Origin: Chiloscyllium plagiosum
Lineage: Eukaryota
Reading direction: 5' to 3'
Length of the DNA: 64,000 nucleotides
Assembly (NCBI RefSeq): GCF_004010195.1
Contig: NC_057728.1
Span: forward strand, 53,526,174 to 53,590,173
A program made the position numbers and the translations under genes. Shown piece by piece: positions 26,401-39,855 of this stretch (position 1 is its first letter; every line of letters starts with the position of its first letter). The notes under the pieces are model-generated. The model did not search any database. It was not told the origin of the DNA and saw nothing but the letters and a program-made list of their open reading frames with translations.

Positions 26401-28577
26401 AACATTCAGCAAATTTATTTTGGTGAAACTTAGAAATAAGAAGGGAAGGATCACCTTATTAGAACTGTACTATAGATCTTCCAATAGTCAACGGGAAACT
26501 GAGATCGATATTTGTAAGCAGATCTCAAAATCGGACACTCGAGGACCTCCTTTTTAAATTCCTATCTAATTTCCTATATTCACTCCTTAGAATCTCATCC
26601 TTATCTCTTCCTATGTCACTAGTTCCGATATGTACAACAATCTGCTGCTGGTCCCTCTCAACTTTGAGAATGTTCTGCGTCCTCTCCAAGATATCCTTGA
26701 TCCTGGCACCAGGAAGGCAACACGCCATTCTGACGTCTTGCCGTCGGCTGCAGAAACATCTGTCTGTGCTTCTGACTAGAGAGTTCCCTATTACAATCAT
26801 TCACTTGGAACCTAGTGTACCCCTCATTACATTAGAGCCAGTCTCAGTACCAGAAATGTGGCTGTCAATGCCACATTTCCCTGAGAATCCATCACCCCCT
26901 ACATTTTCCAAAACAGCATACTTGTTTGAGATGGGGATAGCCACAGGAGACTCCTGCATACATGCCTCCCTCTCCTACCTTTCCTGGAGGTCACCCATCT
27001 ACCTGGCTGTATCTTCAGTTCATCTCCCTGCCTCCAACTGCCATCATCATACCTGGTAACTCCTGTAAGTTCCTCATTGCCTCTAACTGCCCCTCCAACC
27101 AATCCATGCAATGCAATAGAATTCGCAACCAAACACGCTTCCTGGAAACATAATCAGCAATAAATGAAACTCTCACTAATCTCCTACATCTGACAAGAAA
27201 GGGCACATCACTCTACTAAAGGCTATCTTCGCGCCTTAAAAACCTGCAGACCCAGAAAATAAAACAGTCTTACTGCTCTAAAAGTACTGCTTTAGGCTAA
27301 CATCTATATTTTATATTTTTGAAGTTTTTCAAGAGACAGATCTCAATAATCAAAAAGAACCCAGTCTACTTACTACTGTAGATTTTTAAAAAAACTAGCC
27401 ACTTAGCTGCTCCATAACTGTGATTTCCCCACATAGAGTTCTCCAAGGTCAGTTGTGAATTTTGTTGTTTATTTTTATTTGACAAATTCCCATGTCCAGT
27501 GGTATTTGAAATCAAATAGCAGAGGCAGTAGTTGCGAAGGTTCACTGCTGGGTCAGAAGGCATTGTAGGTTTCTTCCTCCATTGATTCATTGCCCACCAT
27601 GTGGTCACTGCTTTTGTCTCCCTTCTTCCTTTTTTAAAGTGCCGTTGTTTTGATCTTATTTCCCAAAGTTCCAAAACAATGCAGCAGCTTATAAAACAGT
27701 AATTACTGCTCATAGAATTCGAGGAAATCAGTTTCAATGCTGAAGATATCTCAAAAAAGGAACAGCTCTACAGCCATAATTTTTTCCCATCCTCCATCTT
27801 TGAGTTGTTGGCATGCTGGCATCCACAACTGGACCCAATTGTACAAATCGCTCTGAAACCTGCCACTGGTCAAAGCTCATTCTGAACATCTTGTCTCCTG
27901 GACAATTCACAAGCCATTGCATTGCTTTTAAACAGTTGTGTCCTACAGTTCTCATCTTTCCAGGATCTGTTTGAAGATCTGTCAGTACTTGACCAACGTA
28001 TTTGACTTTTGGTAGCTTTAATTGCAATCTTTTAATTGTTCAATTTGAGTTTCATCTGGTGATCTCTGTCTAGCAGTTGAAGTAGATTTTGACCACGGTC
28101 ATCAACAGCTTCTTCCATGTGTCTCTATATCCATAAACTAACAGAATATACCCTGTGGATTCCATTCTGGGGAAGACCATTAACAATCTCATATTTACTA
28201 TGCTGCTAATCCTCACAAGTCATGGAAATGCCAAATGGCATGCACAATCATCAGTATCTCCTAAACAATATGAACTGTTGTCACACAGTTTCTCTTGCCA
28301 ATACAACCCTTCACATTTTGCCTTTGAGAATTCTGACAAAATTCCTTCAATAGATCAGTGAGTTCTCTTCAGAACTTTATTTAGGTTGATACATATTCTA
28401 AATTTTCCAGCTGGTTTCACTAAGCCACTTCATTCAGGTTTGTGAAGTTTATGGTGGTGCATGTCTATCTAATAGTTTATCTTCACCTGATAATGTATTT
28501 CTACAATAATCATTCTGATAGTCACAAACTGTTTGGCACCTACCAACTTGACTGAACCAACTTGCTATATAAAAAAT

Positions 28578-28803
28578 AAAGTTGTCATAATCCCAGAGGA
28601 CCATAGGGCTGCTCTTTCATTAGAGAGAGAGAAAAAAAAAGCGACTAGTGAAAACTTTATCTGAGGGTCACCACATTTTAGGTGAGGGAAGAGGTTGAGA
28701 AGGAGCGTCCTTCACTGTAACCTCAACCAGTGCAAACATTGAAGCTAGAGAATTGGCATCACCCTGCATCACAAATCAGCCATCCAGCCAACTGAGATAA
28801 CTC
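28578..28803 (-). mobile_element. tRNA-derived SINE (second family)
   Basis: Reverse-complement homolog of 30258-30489 (ctcagttggctgg A box; tail cctatggtc...actatga). Confidence 0.55.
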
Positions 28804-29573
28804 ACACACTGCCCCCCTCCCCTGCCTCCCCCAAAAGAATTCTTTATGTCACCGTTAGGTTTTTGGTGTGAAGTGATTCATCAGAATTTTCAACTACTAT
28901 CTCTCCAGTGGCCATCTTCTATCTAGTATTGTACTAAGAACATTGTTTTCTCATGCTGCACATGCCTTCTTCTTCTTTGTTTGATGTTGTGCCTTGTACT
29001 TGCATCTGTCCTTTATTAGTGTTTGTTCTGCTCTTTGGATCTAGAGTATCTATCAACATAATGCAAGATTTGGCCTGTTCTGCCACAAATATGCTCTCAA
29101 ATGTGACATACAACTTCAGTGCTTCTGCACATCATGATTACTTTCTTGAGAATTGGTTTCTCCTCTCTTACTAAACATACTCTCACTGTATGATCTCTTA
29201 TGCCTATTACAATCATGTCTTTCACCAGATCATCTTTTAATTACACAAGTTCACAGAAGTCTGCAAGATGTGTCAAGTAAGGTATATTCCTGTTAGGGTG
29301 AAAGGGAAGGCTGGTAGGTTTAGGGAATGCTAGATGATGAAAGAAATTGAGGGTTTGGTTAAGAAAAAGAAGGAAGCATATGTCAGGTATAGACAGGATA
29401 GATCGAGAGAATCCTTAGAAAAGTATAAAGACAGTAGGAGTATACTTAAGAGGGAAATCAGGAGGGCAAAAAGGGGACATGAGATAGTTTTGGCAAATAG
29501 AGTTAAGGAGATTCCAAAGGGTTTTTACAAATACATTAAGGACAAAAGGGTAATTAGGGAGAGAATAGAGCCT

Positions 29574-29701
29574 AAAAGGTAAAAACAATGACTGCAGATG
29601 CTGGAAACCAGATTCTGATGAAGGGCTTTTGCCCGAAACATCGATTTCGCTGCTCCTTGGATGCTGCCTGAACTGCTGTGCTCTTCCAGCACCACTAATC
29701 C
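29574..29701. mobile_element. Short family A Penelope-derived insertion
   Basis: 14-bp TSD agagaatagagcct at 29560-29573 and 29702-29715. Confidence 0.85.
29611..29646 (+). ncRNA. Minimal hammerhead ribozyme motif (family A)
   Basis: GATT-CTGATGA-A-GGGC-TTTT-GCCC-GAAA-CA-TC-GATT. Confidence 0.6.
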
Positions 29702-29929
29702 AGAGAATAGAGCCTGTCAAAGATCAGCAAGGCAGCCTTTGTGTGGACCTGCAGAAAATGGGGGAGAGACTAAATAAATATTTTGCATCAGTATTTACTG
29801 TGGAAAAGGACATGGAAGATGTAGGGAACTAGATGGTGACATCTTGAAAAATGCCCATGTTACAGAGGAGGAAGTGCTGGATGTCTTGAAACGCATAAAA
29901 GTGGATAAATCCCCAGGACCTGATCATGT

Positions 29930-30238
29930 GGGTGGCATGGTGGCTCAGTGGTTAACACTGCTGCCTCACAGCGCCAGAGTCCCAGGTTCAATTCCAGCCT
30001 TGGGCGATTGTCTGTGTGGAGTTTGCACATTCTCCCTGTGTCTGCTTGGGTTTCCTCTGGATTCTCTGGTTTCCTCCTACAGTCCAAAGATGAGCAGGTC
30101 AGGTGAATTGGCCATGCTAAATTGCCCATAGTGCATTAGTCAGGGGTAAATATAGGGGAGTGGGTTGCTCTTCAGAGGGTTGGTGTGGACTTGTTGGGCC
30201 GAAGGGCCTGTTTCCACACTGTACGGAATCTAATCTAA
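29930..30238 (+). mobile_element. HE1-like SINE
   Basis: Full-length homolog of 9282-9640, with an aatctaatcta tail. Confidence 0.88.
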
Positions 30239-30257
30239 AATAACTATGCCTTCCATG

Positions 30258-30489
30258 GTGATTTGTTTTGCTCAGTTGGTTGGCGTAGTGGTTTGCAAAG
30301 CAGTGTGATGCTGATAACTTAGGTTTAATTCCTGCAATAGCTGAGGTTACCATGAAGAACTCTCGTTCTCAACCTCTCCTCTTGCCTAACGTATAGTAGC
30401 CCACAGGTTAAATCACCACCATTCCTCTCTCTGCTAAATGAGACAGCAGACCTATGGTCTGGTTAGACTATGATGACGCAATACCGATA
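30258..30489 (+). mobile_element. tRNA-derived SINE (second family)
   Basis: A/B-box-like tgctcagttggttgg and ggtttaattcc; flanking 9-bp direct repeat ccttccatg (30249-30257 / 30490-30498). Confidence 0.55.
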
Positions 30490-30723
30490 CCTTCCATGTT
30501 CTCAAAATTTGGGTTTGAATAACTAGCACTGACGTTGGTCCAATAGGATGAATGATTATAATTTCTATGATTCTGCAATATAATGAGAAAGCAGGTTACA
30601 AGAAACTTACTGAATCATAATATGTTTGTTAGACTTACAGCATATTATATATACGTTAGATACACAAAACTAAAATAACACTTAAGGCAATTAGTGCAGT
30701 TCCGCATTTTCTCACATACTGTT

Positions 30724-31452
30724 AGAGTCATAGAGTCATAGAGATGTACAGCATGAAATCAGACCCTTCGGTCCAACCTGGCCATGCCGACCAGACATCC
30801 CAACCCAATCCAGTCCCACCTGCCTGCACACGGCCCATATCCCTCCAAACCCTTCCTACTCATATACCCATCCAAATGCCTCTTAAATGTAACATTTGTA
30901 CCAGCCGCCACCACATCCTCTGGCAGCTCATTCCATACACGCACCACCTTCTGTGTGAAAACGTTGCCCCTTAGGTCCCTTTTATATCTTTCCCCTCTCA
31001 TCCTAAATCTATGCCATCTAGTTCTGGACTCCTCGACCCCAGGGGAAAGACTTGTCTATTTATCCTATCCATTTATAGAGGTTTACAAAATTATGAGGGG
31101 CATGGATAGGGTAAATAGACAAGATCTTTTCCCCGAGGTGGGAAGTCCTGAACTTGAGGGCATAGGTTTAGGGTGAGAGGGGAAAGATATAAAAGAGACC
31201 TAAGGGGCAACATTTTCATGCAGAGTGTGCTATTTGTATGGAATGAGCTGCCAGAGGAAGTGGTGGAGGCTGGTACAATTGCAACATTTAAAAGGCATCT
31301 GGATGGGTATATGAATAGGAAGGGTTTGGAGGGATATGGGCCGGGTGCTGGCAAGTGGGACTAGATTGGGTTGGGACATCTGGTCAGCATGGACGCGTTG
31401 GACTGAAGGGTCTGTTTCCATGCTGTACATCTCGATGATTTTGTGATTCTAA
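30724..31452. mobile_element. Head-to-head pair of CR1 3' ends forming a long inverted repeat
   Basis: Minus copy 30724-31071 (agagtcat tail) abuts plus copy 31072-31452; both encode MRGERYKRDLRGN...GRWD/GKWD. Confidence 0.9.
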
Positions 31453-32847
31453 TCACTGGCCCAAAATTGGACATTCTAAATTGATCCACAGCTGGAGACA
31501 TCAGGCCTGACCGAAAATTGGCCAAACTAAATTAAACAATAGCCAGCGGCTATCAACAACAGAGAACATTGAAAACCAAGGTCGAAGAGGTTACAAAGGT
31601 TCCAGGGAACCAGTTACAACCAGCTCGAGAGTTGTGTTTTGAAAAGGTTTCAGTCAGGCTTCTTGGCCCCTTGACATCCATTCAGTGCTGAGGATGTGCA
31701 CTTTACACCTCCCCGGCATGGTAGCAATGAAGAATATTGGTGCAATCTCATTGGATACTTTGAACACAGCTCATGACTTTATTGGCCAAAGACCATTCTG
31801 GAAGATCTGGGGAAAGAGGGAATAAGAACACACATCCAGAAGTTGCCTCCTCGGTCTCTCAGCAAAGAATCAGCAAGACTTATTGCCATGTGGCAACCCA
31901 GAGCACCCAGAAGATTCAACCTGAGCTGTGAGACCAATCTTCATGGAAGAGAGTCAGCTCTACTTCAACGAAGAAGGAGAATTCAATGACCCAACTCAAA
32001 CACATGGATCTTTGCAGGTAATATCTTTTCTTCGACAAATTGAGCTATATAAAGAGCAAATATTGTGGGAATTTGGTAAATGCTTAAAAAGCATTTTTAG
32101 TAAGGAGTACTTTGTTCATAAAATTGAGTTGAACCACAAACTAAATTCTGTTTCCCCTTATCTGCCTCACTGACAAGAGCACTTGGGTCGAGTGTTTTTA
32201 ATACATAAACTGGTTGAAATGTCCAAAGCACAAACAACAAAGGTAATGATGGAAGTTACATATTGCCCAATGGATTCTTTCCATCTTTCCATCATTCCAT
32301 CCTAATCTTGAACATATACCACATTCAATTATGATTGAAAGTATGCCTTCAAATCTTTCAAAATTTTGGCACTCTCTCTTTTCTCTCTTCAGAGAGATTT
32401 AAGGTGGTCCTCAAAAAGTTTCTTCTCAACTATGATAAGTTTGTAGCTTGTTAAATAGATCTTTCACAATTTGCAATGGCGCATGAAAAGGGTGCAAATG
32501 GATTGATGGTAGGCAGCCCCTATGCCTAGCCACCGTCAAAGATAAGAATCTCTACAGAAGCTTTTGATTATCTCAAAATTTCCTTGAGTTCTGAAGAAAA
32601 ATCATAGTCGACTCGAAACATGTACTCTTTTAATCTTTCCACAGATAGTGGCACACCAAATAATAATTTTCTGCACTTTCTGGATTTATTCCTAATTTCC
32701 CGCATCCACATAGTTTTGCTTTTATTGTAGAATCCTGCACAGGTGTCTCAACGCTCAGCAAACAAAATGGGCCCATATTCTCTGAGATTTAAAAGAATGG
32801 GAGGTGCTCTCACTCCTTAGTGACAGGGTAGATACTGAAATGCTTTT

Positions 32848-32980
32848 CGGCGAACATGCGTTCTGCAGATGCTGGGGATTCGAGTCAAGAGTGTGGTGAA
32901 GGGCTTTTGCCCAAAACGTCAACTTTCCTGCTCTTCAGATACTGCCTGACCTGCTGTGCTTTTCCAGCACCGCACTCTTG
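32848..32980. mobile_element. Short family A Penelope-derived insertion
   Basis: 14-bp TSD actgaaatgctttt at 32834-32847 and 32981-32994. Confidence 0.85.
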
Positions 32981-33237
32981 ACTGAAATGCTTTTACCCTG
33001 GTCTACTGGCAGAATATTTTACTGCTCTTCACAATCAGTTACTGGTATCCTGTAAAATTTTAACGGCAGTCTGCACCGCACTGCAAATTGCATCTCAGAA
33101 AATATAGCCGGGGTTGCTTAGAATCAGGTTCAAGTTGCTTCCCACTTCTGAACAAAATGAGGAACTTTGTCAAAAGTTTGCATTGACCTCTCTCTGTTAA
33201 AATGTATAATATTCTAAAAGCATCTGTTTCACATTTT

Positions 33238-36200
33238 TGAAAAACATTTTTTATTGAAAAAATAAACTTTTTAAATATTACAACAAATACAAACCAATAC
33301 AATTCAAAACAATACAAGAAAGAACACGAAAAATTTAAAAAGTAACCCAACCCACCCTCTTGTGCAAATGTGTAAATATATACAGAAAAATATACAATAA
33401 AAAAAAACTCCAACTAACTATTTAACTAAATAAATAATAACCAACAACAAACTAATAGATAGTAATAACTCAATTCAGCCAAACAAGACACTCATACGTT
33501 TGCAGTCCCTCCTCCCTGGATATTGGACTCGTAAACCACAATCATTACGGTTATATAAAAGCCCTTATTAGTGTGGCAAATAAATCTGTGTCCAGGTATT
33601 CCAAAAAGAGCTGCCATGTCTTCTAGAAATTCTTAGTTTTGTGGTGTACCATACTTGTGAGAAAATCCAAGGGATATGCTCCATAACAATCTTTCGCCAA
33701 CCTGTCAAGGATTTTCGGATAGCCAACCTGGAAAGATATTCTTTCTTGCACAGAAAGTGAGGATATTGAAAAGTTTTTTGTTGTGCGTATCTGCAGGGAA
33801 CATACTGGGCAGGCCAAGAAGAAGAGAGATCGGGTCCTTCTACACCCTTACACCCAAAAATCCTCTCCACTGCATCCGGCACAGCACTCCAGTATGTTTG
33901 AAGCCTATCACAGGACCAGAGACAATGGGTAAGAGTACCCGTAACAACCTTGCACTTGAGACATGTTGAAGATACCCGTGGTTTAAATTTTGACAAACTG
34001 TCTGGAGCCAAGTGGACCCTGTGGAGAATCTTCAACTGTAAAGCATGGGTTCTATTGCAAATTGATATCTTTCTTGCGTTTTCCCAAATATCTTCCCATG
34101 CCTCTGAGGAAACCTCAATGCCTAGCTCTCTCTCCCACACCCTGCAGAGTCAATCGAACTCATCTGAGGAGGCACCTCCCAATTGATGATGTAAAGTGCT
34201 GACAGAAAGTGTACTCTTAGCAATGAGCACCCTCCTCTCTATGTCGGATTTGTAGGGATCAGTCAAAAGTGTAGTCTTTTTTTGAATAAAATCCCCAACT
34301 TGAAAAAAAGGTACCTGTTAGATAGCTCATATTTCCATGCTAACTGATCAAAGAACGTCATTGTGTCTCCCTGAAATAAATCGTCCATGCAAGACACACC
34401 CTTAGCTGCCCAATGTTTGAATCCTGAATCTATCATACCCGGTTGAAAACCCGGCATACCCACTATAGATGTAAGAGAAGATGTTTTGCCAATGTTGCCT
34501 TCCCTCTGCCAAATTGCCCTCATGCTTTAATAGCATTGATAACAATTCGGTTATGGCAATATTCCTTACTCGTCCTCATTTTGTCTTAAAACAGCAAGCT
34601 CATAAGGGGACACCTTGCCTTGGAGGTTTTGATATCTCACCATATTGAAAGAAGGTCCCCACAGGCCCAATCACTCACGTAATATAAAAATTAGCTTCGT
34701 TGGTAGCTTTTAATGTCCGGGAGATCTACTACCCCAGTCTATGAGGCAGTTGCAGTTTAGTTAATTTAATGAGGGGCCGCTTATAATGCCAAATAAAGGA
34801 GATGAATCAGCCATTCAGTCTCCTGAATGTTTGTTTATTGAAAATCGGGGAGCATCCGTATAGGTATAAGAAACGGGGGAGAATATTCAAGTTAAGAAGC
34901 ACTATCCGACCAAACCATGAGACCGGATGCGCCTCCCATCTTTGAAGGTCTTTTTTGATTTTGTCAAATAATTGAACAAAATTGGCTTTGAACCGCCAAT
35001 CCAGAACTGGAGCAATGAATTTGCCCAAATACACAAAACCCCCCCCGGTGACCACTTAAATGGGAATCGAAATTCGCCCTCAAGACCTAGCACCTTCATA
35101 AGACCACCATAGGCATAGCTTTTGATTTTGCAAGATTAATCTTGTACCCTGAAAAGGCACCAAATGCACGAATGCATTGTATCAGACGAGGCACCAAAAC
35201 TGCTGGATTTGACAAAAAAAAGACATTACCCATGTACAACGAGATCTTACGTAATTTTGACCCCACTTCTGGAGCTGATTTATTGGGATTCCCTGCAAGT
35301 GGCCTCTGCCAATGGTTCAATCACCAACGTAAAAAGCAGTGGCAGCCCTGCCCCTAAAAATGTTAAAATTGCTGGATTGCACCCCATTGGTGATGACCGC
35401 AGTGAGAGGGTCACTGTAGAGAACCTTTATCCGTCTTACAAAGACTTTGCCCAAGCCAAACCGCTCCAGAGTGTAGTAAAGGTACGGCCACTCAACTCGG
35501 TCAAATGCCTTCTCTGCATCTAGAGAAATCACTAATCCCTTATTGACTGTTGTTGACATGCTTGAATTGCATTAAGCAGCCTCCTAACATTATTGGAGGA
35601 TCTGCGGCCCTTTATGAAGTCCGTCTGCCCCTCTTTAACAACCGAAGTAACACAATCTCCAGCTTTAACGCAATAGTCTTAGAGAGGATTTTAAAGTCCA
35701 CATTTAAGAGTGAAATGGGCCTGTACGAAGCACAGTCCTCTGGGACCTTCCCTTTTTTAAGAATAAGTGAAATATTGGCCCTCTCAGACATGGTGGGAGA
35801 CAATCATGGCTGTATGAGTCATTAACATATTGAGCATCGGGCCTGACTCTTGTTTGGGGATCACGCCCGGGAGCTCCAGACTCTTAAAAAAAGACTCCAT
35901 TTTGGCCCACCCCTCCTGACAACCTTCAGATTGGTATAACTTAGAGTGAAATCTCTGGAATGCCACATTAATATTTTGGGAGTCACATGTTAGGTTCCCA
36001 GACCCTTCCCTAATCACCATAACGTCTTGAGAGGCATTCCTTTTCCTGGCAAGATATGCTAAGTATTTGCCTGGCCTGTCACCATGCTCATATAACCTTT
36101 GCTTTGCAAAGGTAAGCTCCTTCTTTGCTATCTGCGTGAACACGGAATTCAATGCAGACCACAGCGTCGTAATCCTCTGTAGTTTGACCAACTAGGGCCT

Positions 36201-37623
36201 GTCAAAGTAAGCCTTCTAGGCTGCCTTCAACCGTGCTTCAAGGACACGTTTCTGCTCACCCTTCTGCTGCTTCCTACTGGCAGAGTAGGAAATAACTAAC
36301 CCCCTGGCATAGGCTTTGGCAGTTTCCCAAAGGATGGATAGGCTACTAACCTAGCCCAAGTTAATGTCTAGGAACGCCCGAAATTCCCTAGACAAATACT
36401 CCACAAATTTATTATCTTTGAGGATAAAGGGATCCATTCACCAGTGCCTTGAACCCACTGTAACATCCTTAAATTTAACCAACAGGTACACTGGAGCGTG
36501 ATCGGAGATGGTAATATTACCAATTGTATAAGATGCCACCAAGTCCACGGTTGCCAAGGGGTAAGAATAAAATCAATCCTGGTGTGACATCTGTGCGGAT
36601 TGGAAAAAAATGTAAACTCCCTGCCTGTAGGGTGGAGATGCCTCCAGACGTCCTCTTCCCTTCTCTGATGTGTCAAAGATGTACGGATCCATCTAAGGTG
36701 AACCGAAGCACCACCGGATACCTCAGAGATTACTGGATCCCAAACTCCCTCAGTCTTCCCTTGACACGGTCATAGGATTTTCTTTTCTGGATCATCGCTG
36801 CTGATAAGTCCTGGAAGAACATGATCTTAGAGCCCTCGTAAATTAGGGCCTTTGGGTCCTTCCCCTGGATTTTGGAAGCTTCTGTGATTCTCTTCTTATC
36901 TCCATAATTACAAAACCGTACCAAGAGAGGACAAGGACATTGGCTCAGACCCGAACTCCACGCTGTGACCCGGTGAGCCCTCTCGATCTTCAAGCCTCTC
37001 ATACCAGCCTCCAAGTTAAGGAATGTTGGCAACCAGTCCTCGCTAAATTCCGCCAGCCGCTCACCTTCATTACCCTCTGGCAGACCGACGATCTGAATAT
37101 TTTTTCTCCTGCCCCTGTTCTCAAAATCATCCACTTGGTCACACAAATTACGTACCTGCATCTCCAAGGCTTGGATCCTGTCCTGGGAGGAACTGGCATC
37201 AGCTTCCACCACTACAACTCTGTGTTCAACCTCATCCATTCTTGTTTCCAGGTCTCCCAGCTGCTGTTCATGCTTCTACAGCATGATAGAGATCGGGGCC
37301 AGCTTCTCCTCTATCCGCTGACCCAACATTTTGCGAGATTTTGCAAGCTCCTTCACCAGGCCTGTTAGGTAATCAAGTCCAAGGATCCTGCAGACTGGGC
37401 CACGGGCCTGACCTCAGACATGCCTCCTCCCTTCTTTGGCATCCCTTCTTCGGATGGCAAAAACGCAGTGAAGTCAATGTTTCAGTTTTCTGGGACTCCA
37501 TGACCTTCCAGAGTCTCAGGATATTACAATGGTCCGGGTTGGGTGGGTTAAAAGTTCATCCCACTTGTGCTGCGGTGCAAGGCTCTGCAACACAATCCTC
37601 CTAGATCGCTGCCATCCTAGATC
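33238..37623 (-). mobile_element. L1-clade LINE, 5'-complete but internally deleted and decayed
   Basis: ORF1 of Transposase_22 type (DDFENRGRRKNIQIVGLPEG). ORF2 remnants: EN (DVWRHLHP..RIDF), RT (YRPISLLNVDFKIL; SLDAEKAFDRVEW) and C-terminal Cys motif (CLKC..THCLWSC). AATAAA at the 3' end; 17-bp TSD cat(c/t)tgtttcacatttt at 33221-33237 / 37624-37640. Confidence 0.9.
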
Positions 37624-37822
37624 CATTTGTTTCACATTTTAACTAATGCTCTCTCTGAACCAATGGCAAAGAATTGAACTTTCAAACTAAATTCCTTACA
37701 CTGAGGATGTACTTAACTATTTTAAATTATCCCCTTCTTTAGTAGTAACTGCCATGCATTTTGAGTAGGATAGTAAAATATATGGAAATCATTCACCTTA
37801 CATTATGCCTCCCCCAAAAAAG

Positions 37823-38205
37823 CGTGATGTGGAGGTGCTGGTGTTGGACTGGGGTGGACAAAGTTAAAAATCACACAACACCAGGTTATAGTCCAACAGG
37901 TTTATTTGGATATACTAGCTTTCAGAGCACTGCTCCTTCATCAGGTTCCTAGAGACTCATCAGGAACTAAAAAAGAATGACAATTTATCTTTAAAAGATA
38001 TTTTTATTGCTTATCAACAATTACCTGAAAGCTGCTTAAATGGTACATTAACGGCAATAACATGTTAAATCAGGATGGTACTTATATAGTTAATGGTGGT
38101 GCACTAATGCTCCGAAGGCTTGTAATTTCAAATAAACATATTGGAATATAACTTGGTGACTTCTGATTTTGTCCACTCCAGTCCAACACTGGCACCTCCA
38201 TGTCA
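37823..38205. mobile_element. Inverted pair of family B Penelope terminal repeats
   Basis: gtggaggtgctggtgttggactggggtggacaaa (37828) is the reverse complement of tttgtccactccagtccaacactggcacctcca (about 38168-38200). Confidence 0.75.
37911..37947 (-). ncRNA. Minimal hammerhead ribozyme motif (family B)
   Basis: Minus strand AAC-CTGATGA-A-GGAGC-AGT-GCTCT-GAAA-GC-TA-GT. Confidence 0.65.
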
Positions 38206-38876
38206 TGTTGAACAGAGAGACCTAGGAGTTCAGGTACATAGTTCCTTGAAAGTGGAATCGCAGGTAGGCAGAGTGGTGAAGAAGGTGTTTGGCACGCTTG
38301 CATTCATTGGTCAGAGCACTGAGTAAAGGAGTTGGTGAGGCTACGTTTGGAGTACTGCATACAATTCTGGTCTCCCACTACAGGAAGGACATTATTAAAT
38401 TGTAAAGGGTACAGAAAAGGTTTACAAGGATGTGACCAGGACTGGAGAGTTTGAGTAGTAAGAAGAGGCTGAATGAGGTGGGACTTTCCCCAATGGCGTA
38501 GGAGGTTGAGGGGGTGACCTTACAGAGATTTATAAAATCACAAGGCGCACAGGTGAATGACAAAGATCATTTCCTAAGGCTGTGGGAGTTCAAAACTAGA
38601 GGGCATAGGTTTAAGGTGAGAAGGGCAAGATTTAAAAAGAACCTGAGGGCCCATTTTTGTCAGAGGGTTGTGCATTTGTGGAATGAACCACCAGAGCAAG
38701 TGCTACATACAGGTACAGTCACAACATTTAGAAGACATTTGGACAGGTACATGAATAGGAAAGGTTTAGAGAGATATGGGCAAGGAATTGGGATTAGTTT
38801 AATTTGGGAAATCCAGGTTGGCATGGACGAGTTTGAATGAAGTTTCTGTTTCCATGTTATATAACTCTATGACTCT
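38206..38876 (+). mobile_element. CR1 3' fragment
   Basis: EQRDLGVQVHSSLKVESQV..KTRGHRFKVR; ctctatgactct tail. Confidence 0.88.
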
Positions 38877-39855
38877 GTTGATACGAAACATACAATGAAT
38901 CATGCAGCAAGCATATTTTTTAGAAGACCATAAAATATTAATTGGTGTCTTTCCATTCTGCTCTCAACAAAGGATCTACTTTAGCATTTTCCTTTCAAAC
39001 ATTCAAGTTATACATTTGGAGAATTCATCTCCACTGAAATCTTGCCTCAAAATGTTACCCCCAAATATTTAAAGGATTGTGAACAATTAAAATAACACCA
39101 TCCTCCACATTGTTGGTGATGTACCTTTCAAAATGATATAGAGCCACCACAAGATTCAATGGGCAGAACCTTACAGTGGCCTTAATGATGTGGTCTATGA
39201 TGGGAAACATAGCAGAATGACAGCAGATGACCAACGATGCCTATCTTGACATTGGGAACCTCTTCAGCTTTTGATTAAGTTCTAGGCATCAAGAATAGAT
39301 TCTTACCAGGGAACATTGCATTGTCTCTTGAGGGTTATTGCTCACTAGTGATCTTATTAACTGTACTCCTCACCTCATTAATATGGAGCTTCTTATCCTA
39401 CAACACACTATGAGCAAACTAAACTCTGAGAATTCTAAACCTGGAAGTCAGAGTAGGTACCTCCAATTTACGATTGCAATCACTTCAAAATACTGTGGAT
39501 GGAGTGGAAGGGCTTTCCTTCATTTAATGTCTAGGTGATCTGTGATTGCTGTTACCACTTCCTGGAGATTTGGATCTGCTACTACCTTGCCAGCTGCCAT
39601 GACTCTTACATCCTGAAGCATTGAGGATCCAGGTTCCTTACAAGGCTGGTTACTGGGAGAGAAGGGGTACTTACTGTGAACATAGTTCATGATACCATTT
39701 GTGCAAACCCCTAAATGAAGCACAGCACATATGCAAGCTGTCCATGTTGATCAGGTCAGAGGGCGGAGCTGCTGAAGATGTGGTTCTGCTGGTTGGAGTG
39801 GATTGAGGGACTCGCCAATAAAGTCCAATTCCAGATCCTTCAAATGCACAACTGT

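Larger units (their letters stand above)
25056..27480 (-). mobile_element. CR1-clade LINE 5' portion (ORF1 esterase, start of endonuclease), with nested inserts
   Basis: ORF1 SGNH-esterase-like IVIGNSLVRSTDRCFC..CCLPGARI..VVHIGTSDIG. A plus-strand CR1 endonuclease fragment (25618-26527) is embedded. Confidence 0.8.
21000..29270 (-). mobile_element. Fragmented second Ty3/gypsy element (conventional RT-IN order), interrupted by many insertions
   Basis: Integrase remnant at about 21550-21860 (IPDTVMSGNSLQFMSEEF..PQSNGKVEAAVQIAK). H2C2-region remnant at 22590-22830 (DGILYKG..VRNVLYWP). RT remnant at 27700-28420 (LKLPKVKYVGQVLT; KPAGKFRICI). Confidence 0.6.
29278..29929 (+). mobile_element. CR1 ORF2 fragment
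   Basis: KKKEAY..KREIRRAKRGHE..FYKYIK..KSPGPD motifs. Confidence 0.85.
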
